From IMG/VR virus record IMGVR_UViG_3300042892_003674: a stretch of 15,930 nt of DNA. One strand, 5' to 3'. A program made the translations under genes and the position numbers. This document shows, in pieces, positions 1-8,900 of the stretch; the stretch's first letter is position 1; every line of letters starts with the position of its first letter. The DNA comes from a virus (Duplodnaviria; Heunggongvirae; Uroviricota; Caudoviricetes). The notes under the pieces were generated by a model. The model saw nothing but the letters and a program-made list of their open reading frames with translations. It was not told the DNA's origin and ran no database searches.

Positions 1-3000
1 TAATACTATTAGGACCATTACCTAGTGCTTCATTTCCAATAACAATTTCATTTATAGTATTATTATTAAGTGAACTTGTAAATCTACCTATAAATATAGA
101 GTTATCTGCACCTGTTAAATCAATATTAGAAGTTCCATAATAAAGACCTGCCCACATACCTACTCCAATATTATTACTACCTACTCCAATATTACCCAGT
201 GCGCCATATCCAAGTGCAGTATTCATATCTGCAGTAGCAATAGTACCTATACCTATTGAGAATCCACTTCCTCCAGAAGGTCCCAAACTCCAAGAGAATG
301 GACCTGGCACTGCATTAAATCTAGTAGTAGTACTTGTAAGTAAAACACCTCTTCTTTTTAATGTTACTGAACTAACTGTACCACCCGCACCAACAACGAT
401 TGTAGCAGTTGGATATTCACCTGCGTCATTACTAGGTGCAGACCAAAAAGTACCACCACCAGACCATTGTAACCTAACATCTGTGTATGTACCTGGTGTA
501 TAACCAGATCCAGGTGAGAATGTAGCAGATAGTGTAAGTATTCCAGTTGATGCACTTGATAATGCGTAGCCTCCAAGTCCAACACTCCAAAATCCGGTAT
601 AGTATCTCAATGATGAAATACCAACTGATGTATTACGATCTCCAATTGAATTATATTGTAATGAATTTTGACCAAGTGCAACACTACCATAAGCAGTTGT
701 ATTTGAAAACAACGAATTTTGACCAAGTGCAATATTATTATTACCTGTTGTATTATTATGTAATGATTGTAAACCAAGTGCAGTATTCAAAGAACCAGTT
801 GAATTATTACGTAATGAGTATTGTCCAATTGCAATATTATTATTACCTGTTGTATTATTATATAATGACAATATACCAATTGCAGTATTTTGATAACCAT
901 TTGTATTAAAATATAATGATAGATAACCAAGTGCGACATTTTGATAACCCGTTGAATTAGTATATAATGAATTAAAACCAAGTGCAATATTATTATTACC
1001 TATTGTATTTGAATATAATGATTGATAACCAATTGCAGTATTATAAACTCCACCTGTATTTGAATATAATGATCGGTAACCAACTGCAGTATTGGCAAAA
1101 CCTGTCGTGTTAAAAAGTGATTGATAACCAATTGCTGTATTATTAGAACCAAGTGTATTAAACTTTAATGTTTCGTGTCCAATTGCAGTATTATAATTAC
1201 CAGTTGTATTTAATTCTAATGCGCTAGTTCCAACTGCAACACTACCATCAATTGAGATTAAAGATATAATACCTATTTCAAATCCCGCACCAGTGCCACC
1301 GAGATCACCATTATTTACTGTAAAAACTGTTGTAGTATCTAAAAAACCTGATCCCGGTGTTGTTAGTTCTACATAAGTAATAACTCCACTACCATCGACT
1401 TCTATATACACGGTAGGAGCGGATGTAAAGGTACTACTACCAGATAACCATTGTAATTCAACATCATAATACTCACCACCAACATATCCACTACCTGGAG
1501 TAAAACCAGTTGTATCTAGTACTACACCAGATGATTGACTATATAATGCAAAATCCCCTATTGCAACATTACTACCACCAATTGAATTTGACTGTAATGA
1601 ATTATAACCAACTGCGGTATTACGAGAACCAATTCTATTGTTAAATAATGAACTTAATCCAACTGCGGTATTACGAGAACCAGTTGTATTATAAAAAATT
1701 GAAGTATGACCAATTGCAGTATTTTGAGAACCGGTTGTATTACTAAATAAAGTATTAGAACCAATTGCAGTATTGGTAACACCTGTTGAATTAGTATATA
1801 ATGCAGCATAACCATTTGCGGTATTATCACGTCCTGTTATATTTGTAAGTAATGCTTGAACACCAATTGCAGTATTATTATACCCAGTTGTATTTGAATA
1901 TAATGATGACCAACCAACTGCAGTATTATAGAAACCAACTGTATTTGAATATAATGATGCCCAACCAACTGCAGTATTATAGAAACCAGTTGTATTAGAA
2001 TATAGTGACGCATAACCATTTGCAGTATTATTATAACCCGTTGTGTTTAAATATAATGCAAGTGCTGCATTTGCGGTATTTTGATAACCCGTTGAATTAG
2101 TATATAATGCAGCATAACCATTTGCAGTATTCAAATATCCAATTGTGTTTGAATATAATGCGGCATAACCATTTGCAGTATTATTATAACCCGTTGTATT
2201 AAAAGCCAATGATACATAACCAATTGCAGTATTATTATAACCCGTTGTGTTTGAAAATAATGAGATTGCACCAACCGCTGTATTATAACTAGCAGTTGCA
2301 CTAGTTCCTAATGAATTACGACCAATTGCAGTATTATAATCACCAGTTGTATTTGATCCCAATGTTGCGTAACCAATTGCGGTATTAGAAGTGCTGGAAA
2401 TATTAGCAAGTAATGCTTGATATCCAAATACAGTATTACCTTTTCCTCTTGAATCATTATAAACATTTCCATAATTATCGGCTATTAAAGAAACTGTCCC
2501 AGCGGTTGATGAAACAACAAATCTACCATCTGCGGCAGTACCAGTACCTATATTTACATAACCAGTTCTATAAATATTTGATGTTGTATCATATGCATAG
2601 TTAGTAGTTCCTTCTAAATAAAAAGATGATGTTCCACCTATTCCTGATGGGCCTGTCGCACCTGTAGTACCAGATGTACCTGAAGAACCACTAGAACCAG
2701 ATGTACCTGAAGAACCAGACTTACCACTTGAACCGGAACTTCCAGATGTACCTGAAGAACCACTAGAACCAGATGTACCAGAAGAACCACTAGAACCAGA
2801 ACTTCCAGATGTACCTGAAGAACCACTAGAACCAGATGTACCCGAAGAACCACTTGAGCCGGAACTTCCAGATGTACCTGAAGAACCACTTGAGCCGGAA
2901 CTTCCAGATGTACCTGAAGAACCAGATGTACCATCAACACCATTTACCCCAGATAAACCTGATGTACCAGAAGAACCTGAACTACCAGATGTACCTGAAG

Positions 3001-5524
3001 AACCAGATGTACCAGAAGAACCAGACTTACCACTTGAGCCGGAACTTCCAGATGAACCAGAACTACCAGATGTACCTGAAGAACCACTAGAACCAGATGT
3101 ACCTGAAGAACCAGATGATCCACTAGAACCAGAAGTACCTGAACTTCCAGAAGAACCAGATGAACCAGAAGTGCCCGAACTTCCAGATGATCCACTAGAA
3201 CCAGATGTACCAGAAGAACCAGATGTACCAGATGAACCAGAACTACCAGATGTACCTGAAGAACCAGATGTACCAGAAGAACCAGACTTACCACTTGAGC
3301 CGGAACTTCCAGATGAACCAGAACTACCAGATGTACCTGAAGAACCACTAGAACCAGACGTACCAGAAGAACCAGATGTACCACTAGAACCAGATGAACC
3401 AGAAGTACCCGAACTTCCAGATGATCCACTAGAACCACTAGAACCAGAACTACCAGATGTACCTGAAGAACCAGATGATCCACTAGAACCAGACTTACCA
3501 CTTGAACCGGAACTTCCAGATGAACCAGAAGAGCCAGATGTACCACTAGAACCAGAAGTTCCACTACTACCAGACGAACCAGAAGAACCAGAAGTGCCCG
3601 AACTTCCAGATGATCCACTAGAACCAGATGTACCAGAAGAACCTGAAGAACCACTAGAACCAGAAGTTCCACTACTACCAGAAGAACCAGATGTACCACT
3701 ACTACCAGAAGAACCAGATGTACCACTACTACCAGAGCTACCAGATGAACCAGAACTACCAGATGTACCTGAAGAACCACTAGAACCAGAAGTTCCACTA
3801 CTACCAGAAGAACCAGATGAACCAGAACTACCAGAACTACCAGAACTACCAGAAGTACCTGAGGAACCACTAGAACCAGAAGTTCCACTTGTTCCTGATG
3901 CACCATTTACACCATTTATACCACTAGTTCCGGATGAACCACTACTTCCAGATGTACCAGAGCTACCTGAAGAACCACTAGAACCAGATGTACCAGAACT
4001 TCCAGATTTACCAGAAGAACCAGAAGAACCACTAGAACCAGATGTACCTGAACTTCCAGAGCTTCCAGATGTACCAGAGCTACCAGAAGTACCAGAGCTA
4101 CCAGAAGTACCAGAGCTACCAGATGAACCGGAACTTCCAGAGCTACCAGAAGAACCAGATGTACCAGAGCTACCAGAAGTACCTGAACTTCCAGAAGAAC
4201 CAGATGAGCCACTAGAACCAGAAGAACCAGATGAGCCACTAGAACCAGAAGAACCACTAGAACCAGATGTACCTGAACTTCCAGAGCTTCCAGATGTACC
4301 AGAGCTACCAGAAGTACCAGAGCTACCAGAAGTACCAGAGCTACCAGATGAACCGGAACTTCCAGAGCTACCAGAAGAACCAGATGTACCAGAGCTACCA
4401 GAAGTACCTGAACTTCCAGAAGAACCAGATGAGCCACTAGAACCAGAAGAACCACTAGAACCAGATGTACCTGAACTTCCAGAGCTTCCAGATGTACCTG
4501 AACTTCCAGATGTACCTGAACTTCCAGATGAACCGGAACTTCCAGAGCTACCAGAAGTACCTGAACTTCCAGAAGAACCAGATGTACCTGAACTTCCAGA
4601 TGAACCGGAACTTCCAGAGCTACCAGAAGAACCAGATGTACCAGAGCTACCAGAAGTACCTGAACTTCCAGACGAACCAGATGTACCTGAACTTCCAGAT
4701 GAGCCGGAACTTCCAGAGCTACCAGAAGTACCTGAACTTCCAGAAGAACCAGATGTACCTGAACTTCCAGAAGAACCAGATGTACCTGAACTTCCAGATG
4801 AACCAGATGTACCTGAACTTCCAGATGAGCCGGAACTTCCAGAGCTACCAGACGAACCAGATGTACCAGAAGAACCAGATGTACCACTACTACCAGACGT
4901 ACCAGAAGAACCAGAGCTACCAGAAGTACCTGAACTTCCAGAAGAACCAGAGCTACCAGAAGAACCAGATGAACCAGAGCTACCAGAAGTACCTGAACTT
5001 CCAGAAGTACCAGAGCTACCAGAAGTACCTGAACTTCCAGATGAACCGGAACTTCCAGAGCTACCAGAAGAACCAGATGTACCAGAAGAACCAGATGTAC
5101 CACTACTACCAGACGTACCAGACGAACCAGATGAACCACTTGATCCAGAAGAACCACTGCTACCAGATGTACCGGAACTACCAGAAGAACCTGAAGTTCC
5201 ACTTACACCAGTTGCTATCCAGTTAGTACCTGTACTTTCTACATATAAAATTTGATATTGTGTAAGAGTCCTTGTTGTAACTCCGTCTATTGTTTGTGAA
5301 GATGTTGTAGCAACGGTTATTGTACCAGATCCACTATTTTTGATAAAATATATTTTTCCTGCCACACCAACAGCAGTTGGTAATGTAACAGTAAAAGTTC
5401 CACTTGTACAGTCAATTGTTTGATCATCTACACCTATTGGATAGGTTGTAGTAACTGCCTTATATGGGAATGTAATTCCACCTAAGGATATAAGTCCTTT
5501 TCGTAGTATAAACTCGTTTGCCAT
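1..5524 (-). CDS. Giant fibre-like protein, 3'-partial (>=1841 aa): N-terminal beta-sandwich, about 858-aa Gly-Ser/Thr collagen-like repeat, 17-aa NTAxG beta-helical repeats with two GSGY-type insertions
   Basis: Not in the ORF track because no stop falls inside the window. ATG at 5524-5522 translates MANEFILRKGLISLGGITFPYKAVTTTYPIGVDDQTIDCTSGTFTVTLPTAVGVAGKIYFIKNSGSGTITVATTSSQTIDGVTTRTLTQYQILYVESTGTNWIATG, then (GSS/GTS)n. I read the non-repeat parts (5524-5210 and 2640-2) codon by codon without an in-frame stop. The repeat was spot-checked and has the same frame and Gly register at both ends. The last residues in the window are ...NSIFIGRFTSSLNNNTINEIVIGNEALGNGPNSI. The 'TVTLP..G..Y.IKN.G.GTITV....QTIDG....L.......V.S.G.NW' segment resembles beta-domains of phage long tail fibres (recognised by eye). 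Confidence 0.92.
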   Translation of the reverse strand, partial: MANEFILRKGLISLGGITFPYKAVTTTYPIGVDDQTIDCTSGTFTVTLPTAVGVAGKIYFIKNSGSGTITVATTSSQTIDGVTTRTLTQYQILYVESTGTNWIATGVSGTSGSSGSSGTSGSSGSSGSSGSSGSSGTSGSSGTSGSSGTSGSSGSSGSSGSSGSSGTSGSSGTSGSSGTSGSSGSSGSSGSSGSSGSSGTSGSSGSSGTSGSSGTSGSSGTSGSSGSSGSSGSSGSSGTSGSSGSSGTSGSSGSSGTSGSSGSSGTSGSSGSSGSSGSSGTSGSSGSSGTSGSSGTSGSSGSSGSSGSSGSSGTSGSSGSSGTSGSSGSSGSSGSSGTSGSSGTSGSSGSSGTSGSSGSSGSSGSSGSSGSSGTSGSSGTSGSSGSSGSSGSSGSSGTSGSSGTSGSSGTSGSSGSSGTSGSSGSSGSSGSSGSSGSSGSSGSSGSSGTSGSSGTSGSSGSSGSSGSSGSSGTSGSSGTSGSSGTSGSSGSSGTSGSSGSSGSSGKSGSSGTSGSSGSSGSSGTSGSSGSSGTSGINGVNGASGTSGTSGSSGSSGTSGSSGSSGSSGSSGSSGSSGTSGSSGSSGTSGSSGSSGSSGSSGTSGSSGSSGTSGSSGSSGTSGSSGSSGSSGTSGSSGSSGSSGTSGSSGSSGSSGTSGSSGTSGSSGSSGSSGSSGKSGSSGSSGSSGTSGSSGSSGSSGSSGSSGTSGSSGSSGTSGSSGTSGSSGSSGTSGSSGSSGSSGSSGKSGSSGTSGSSGTSGSSGSSGTSGSSGTSGSSGSSGSSGTSGSSGSSGSSGTSGSSGSSGSSGTSGSSGSSGTSGSSGSSGSSGSSGKSGSSGTSGSSGTSGSSGSSGTSGLSGVNGVDGTSGSSGTSGSSGSSGSSGTSGSSGSSGSSGTSGSSGSSGTSGSSGSSGSSGTSGSSGSSGTSGSSGSSGKSGSSGTSGSSGSSGTSGTTGATGPSGIGGTSSFYLEGTTNYAYDTTSNIYRTGYVNIGTGTAADGRFVVSSTAGTVSLIADNYGNVYNDSRGKGNTVFGYQALLANISSTSNTAIGYATLGSNTTGDYNTAIGRNSLGTSATASYNTAVGAISLFSNTTGYNNTAIGYVSLAFNTTGYNNTANGYAALYSNTIGYLNTANGYAALYTNSTGYQNTANAALALYLNTTGYNNTANGYASLYSNTTGFYNTAVGWASLYSNTVGFYNTAVGWSSLYSNTTGYNNTAIGVQALLTNITGRDNTANGYAALYTNSTGVTNTAIGSNTLFSNTTGSQNTAIGHTSIFYNTTGSRNTAVGLSSLFNNRIGSRNTAVGYNSLQSNSIGGSNVAIGDFALYSQSSGVVLDTTGFTPGSGYVGGEYYDVELQWLSGSSTFTSAPTVYIEVDGSGVITYVELTTPGSGFLDTTTVFTVNNGDLGGTGAGFEIGIISLISIDGSVAVGTSALELNTTGNYNTAIGHETLKFNTLGSNNTAIGYQSLFNTTGFANTAVGYRSLYSNTGGVYNTAIGYQSLYSNTIGNNNIALGFNSLYTNSTGYQNVALGYLSLYFNTNGYQNTAIGILSLYNNTTGNNNIAIGQYSLRNNSTGSLNTALGLQSLHNNTTGNNNIALGQNSLFSNTTAYGSVALGQNSLQYNSIGDRNTSVGISSLRYYTGFWSVGLGGYALSSASTGILTLSATFSPGSGYTPGTYTDVRLQWSGGGTFWSAPSNDAGEYPTATIVVGAGGTVSSVTLKRRGVLLTSTTTRFNAVPGPFSWSLGPSGGSGFSIGIGTIATADMNTALGYGALGNIGVGSNNIGVGMWAGLYYGTSNIDLTGADNSIFIGRFTSSLNNNTINEIVIGNEALGNGPNSI
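170..2437 (-). repeat. 17-aa (51-nt) coding repeats, consensus N-T-A-[IVN]-G-x-x-[SA]-L-x-x-N-T-T-G-x-x; probable beta-helix/beta-roll shaft
   Basis: Manual translation gives 18 units at ~1520-2437 (e.g. NTAIGYVSLAFNTTGYN, NTANGYAALYSNTIGYL, NTAVGWSSLYSNTTGYN), 14 units at ~542-1243, and about 2 degenerate units below 223. Exact DNA copies include a 35-mer at 1785-1819 = 2091-2125 (offset 6x51) and a 32-mer at 938-969 = 2078-2109. Confidence 0.88.
2636..5209 (-). repeat. Coding Gly-X-Y tandem array (9-nt period, 286 triplets, X/Y mostly Ser/Thr)
   Basis: Gly codons at 5207, 5108, 3965, 3902, 3542, 3128 and 2642 all fall at position = 5 mod 9. The only non-S/T residues seen are GVS at the start, five Lys (GKS), GINGVNGAS (~3893-3922), GLSGVNGVD (~2930-2959) and terminal GATGPSGIG. 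Confidence 0.93.
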
Positions 5525-5531
5525 TTAATTA

Positions 5532-5555
5532 TCTTTTTTTCACTTTCCAAAAAGA
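5532..5555 (-). promoter_or_regulatory. Putative leader RNA hairpin 7 nt upstream of the fibre-gene ATG
   Basis: Minus strand reads TCTTTTT-GGAAAGTGAA-AAAAAGA-TAATTAA-ATG: a 7-bp stem with a 10-nt purine-rich loop. The stem is AU-rich and weak, and no U-tract follows it. Confidence 0.35.
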
Positions 5556-5610
5556 AGTTAAACTATATATAAAAAGTAACTTATTCTTTTGTGTTAAATA
5601 AGATTATAAT

Positions 5611-5892
5611 TTAATATCCGGCAAAGGTATGTTTAGGATTATTTACTTCAATTTTACTTTCAAATTCGATTTCTTGATCACTCATTACATCATAATGGTA
5701 TCCATCTGCATAAATTGGTTCTGTTATTACATTACCTTCATTATCATAAGTTCCATATTGTAATGTGATTAAACCTATCTCAACAACTGCTTGAATACCT
5801 TGTTGGTAATTACCTTCTAAATCAATTACATTCTTTGTAATTAAGTCAGCTATTGCAGTTTCTTTGTTTGTGTATTTAAGTTTGTATATCAT
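5611..5892 (-). CDS. Small acidic hypothetical protein (93 aa), possible fibre assembly chaperone/adaptor
   Basis: ORF MIYKLKYTNKETAIADL...NNPKHTFAGY, TAA at 5613-5611. I prefer the ATG at 5892 over the track's TTG at 5901. It follows the 1166-aa gene in the same orientation. Function is inferred from position only. Confidence 0.8.
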   Translation of the reverse strand: MIYKLKYTNKETAIADLITKNVIDLEGNYQQGIQAVVEIGLITLQYGTYDNEGNVITEPIYADGYHYDVMSDQEIEFESKIEVNNPKHTFAGY

Positions 5893-5931
5893 ATTATGCA
5901 AAAATTAAATTTTTTTTATTTTTAAATCTTC

Positions 5932-8900
5932 CTACAAGGTTGTTAGATTTATACATTCAACATCTGTTAATTGTTTTTTCCACAGTGCAATCATTTCAAA
6001 TTTTGCAGTTGCATTTTCGGTTAAACTACCAAAATCGAATTTATCTAAAGTAGCAGTAAAATCAGTTGATGATGGATATGTATAGTTCCAAAATAATACT
6101 CCATTAATAAAAACTTTTATAGATGTTTGTGAATACTTGATAATTATGTTTTTATTTGTTTGTAAATTAGGTGATACAACACTTGAATTACTAACACTTA
6201 TGTTATTTTTTCTTACACCATATTCACATCGACCATCAACACCAACACAAAAAATAGAAATTTGATTATTAGTTGATAAACTATTACTTATTCTTAATAT
6301 AACACCTCTTTGTAATTGATATCCTTTAACTAAAATAGTTCCCTCTGTTTGTCCTATTAAACTAGTGGCACTAGTTTTAGAAATAACATCAGCATTTCTT
6401 GTTACCGCAGCAGTTGTTGTTGGGATGTACGAGGTTTCATTGGTAAACAACGGAGTTCCTAATTCTAATTGTGCACCCCATGCATCAAAATCAACAACTT
6501 CACCATTTGCTAGAAATCCTATTTCACTATTAGAACTCCCAGCAGAACTACCAGTTGTAAAAATAACAATAACCCTATACCAACCATTACCGTAATCACT
6601 TAGTAAACTACTAATAATAGTTGGTCTTCCAGTTGTAATTGTACCAGTTGGGGTTGTTGTGATTGTTAAGTTAGTTAAATTAACTACTCCCCTATATTCA
6701 CCATTATTCGGTGAACTAACATTGTTATTATAGTAAAAGCTAAAGGTTTTATTATTGGTTGTTACACTTTTTTTAACAAATACCGATGCTGTATAGGTAG
6801 TGGAACTTGCAAGATTTAAACCTAATCTTCTCCAATATCCGTTAATGTTAGTTATGTTTATATTGTTAGCCGTTGGAATACCATTTGGCCCTATACTTAC
6901 ATTTGGTGTGACGGTCGTATTTAAACCACCAGTCCATAAATTTATTTGTTCTGACTGAATAACTAAATTAGTTCTTTGTGGCTCAACTAATATACTTGGA
7001 CAACTTCCATTTGAATAATCTATTCTTGGTACGTTTTGTCTGTTTGTTGTTGGAAAATAGTCTTTTGGTTGTGTTCCTTGAACCAATTGTGCACCCCATA
7101 CTAGAATACCCGATGTTCCATCTCCTGTGTAATTATCTGTTGTTGCTGATTGTCTTACTACAATAAGATAACTAAGGTTTTGCCCACCCCCTAAATTTGC
7201 TGTGTAAATAGAACATCTATACCAACCGTTGCCTACATTCTCAATACTTGGTGTAAATCCTGATGATGTGCCTGAAATAGTACCATTAGAAAGATTGAAA
7301 TAAATACTTCCACCACTAACACCTCCACCAACACCAAATGATAAAAAATTGTACCCATCTGCTTTTGCATATACTGACAAAACACCTTGACCTGAAAAAT
7401 TAAACTGTTGGAAAATTCTATGCTGATTTAATGTTGTATCTGGAATTATTTTATCTGCTGTTAAAGTTCCTATAGGAGAATTTGCCACATTTGTAGATAT
7501 TGATAATATGTTTTGTCTAGCCCAAAGTCCAGTATTGTCAAACTCTTCACTTCTTTGAAATAAATTATAAGGTACTTGTTCAATAAATCCCTCAGCATTT
7601 ACTCTTGTTGCAGTAGTTGCTCTTGTAACAACCATATCTCCATTTAATTCAAAGGGTACTACACTATAAAGTTTACCTTCTTTATATGTATTTGCAGTCA
7701 CCATCAAAGAAGCACTTTCTAATAAATATTGATTACTAATAACATTTAATTGTCCTTCTAAGCAACTTTCTGCCTCAAATAAACCTAAGTCCTCTAATAC
7801 TCTTGATTTAAAAACATTCTTGATCTCGGTTGTTGATGGTGTATATCTTGATTTAGATGCAGTATATATTGTTGAAATCTCTGTTGCAGTTAAAACTCTG
7901 TTATATATTGCTACCTGACCTATATTTCCTTTGAATGGTTCAGTTCCTGTATTAGTCCAACCTCCTAATCTAAAATTATTATCAGTAGTTGTTTTTTGTT
8001 GACCGGCATCTGTTCGTTGAGATTGCAAACTACCATTTAAGTAAATCAACATCGTTGTATTACCACCTGAAAATGATGAAACAAAACTCATAAAATACCA
8101 AACATTATTAGCTAAATTTGGTGTTGCAAATAAACTTCGTTGAACCCCACCTATGCTATTTGAAAAATGAATATCTCCATTACTTCTAAACGCAAAATAA
8201 GGTAAATACATACCCATAATCATATTATAAGCGTTTATAGATTGTGTTCTTTTAACCCATACAGTCCAAGTGGTACTAGACGGTAGAGTATTAAAAGAAG
8301 TAGTCACTACATCATTTACTCCATCAAAAGAAAACGCTCTTTGACCATCACTAACAAGAGCAACACCATTATTTAATGTACCATTATTGTTATTACCACT
8401 CATATCATATGCAGTACTTGCAGTTGCAACCTGTTTGTCTGTGTTACTACCATCTAATGATAAAGCTAAAGAATCTGTTGGTATAAATCGTTGAAGACCA
8501 GCGTAGTAGTTTTGTAAGATTTCTTGTTCAGTAAGAGATCTGTTGTAGATTTGGGTTGTATAAAATTCTCCCTGAAAGTAAGCAGCGGTGTTATTTCTAG
8601 GTATTGCATGTCCTATAGTATAAAGACTATCTGTTCTTAAAACTACATTAACGGTATTTGTAGATTGTAATATATTATTAAGATAAACTTTACTTTCTTT
8701 ATTATATCTATTTACTACAACACAAACGGGATTACCAGTCATAGTGTTCCCGATACTTTGTTGGTTTACAAGAGCAATACCTCCTATCCATACTCCTCCA
8801 CTCCAAATTAGTATGGTTGGTTGTGAGCTGTATCCACTTGAAAAATAATAATGAGTTTTATTTGATAAAGTTTTAAACCACAGTACAATACAGAAATCAT

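Noticed and set aside
542-2437. Ice-nucleation protein or serine-rich-repeat adhesin assignment
   Set aside because: INP repeats are 8/16/48-residue AGYGSTxT units and SRR adhesins use SX dipeptide repeats. Neither matches the 17-aa NTAxG or the Gly-X-Y periodicity.
364-2604. Short ORFs at 364-585, 547-909, 787-987, 1837-2019 and 2413-2604
   Set aside because: They overlap the continuous fibre ORF in other frames and mirror its 51-nt periodicity.
3171-5255. 694-aa plus-strand Pro/Glu/Asp-rich ORF (PELPDVPEEP...)
   Set aside because: Antisense shadow of GGT/TCT-type codons. It starts and ends with the repeat, has no unique domain, opposes all other genes, and the minus frame has a proper ATG and flanking domains.
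5893-5931. Terminator or Bacteroidota promoter between the 1166-aa and 93-aa genes
   Set aside because: Only A/T runs with no GC stem; TAATTTTTG is one base off the TAnnTTTG -7 consensus spacing.
5905-5934. Stop-codon reassignment (TAG readthrough at 5932-5934)
   Set aside because: Readthrough would add only about 9 low-complexity residues before a TAA, and no long ORF here needs an internal TAG or TGA. Standard code 11 fits.
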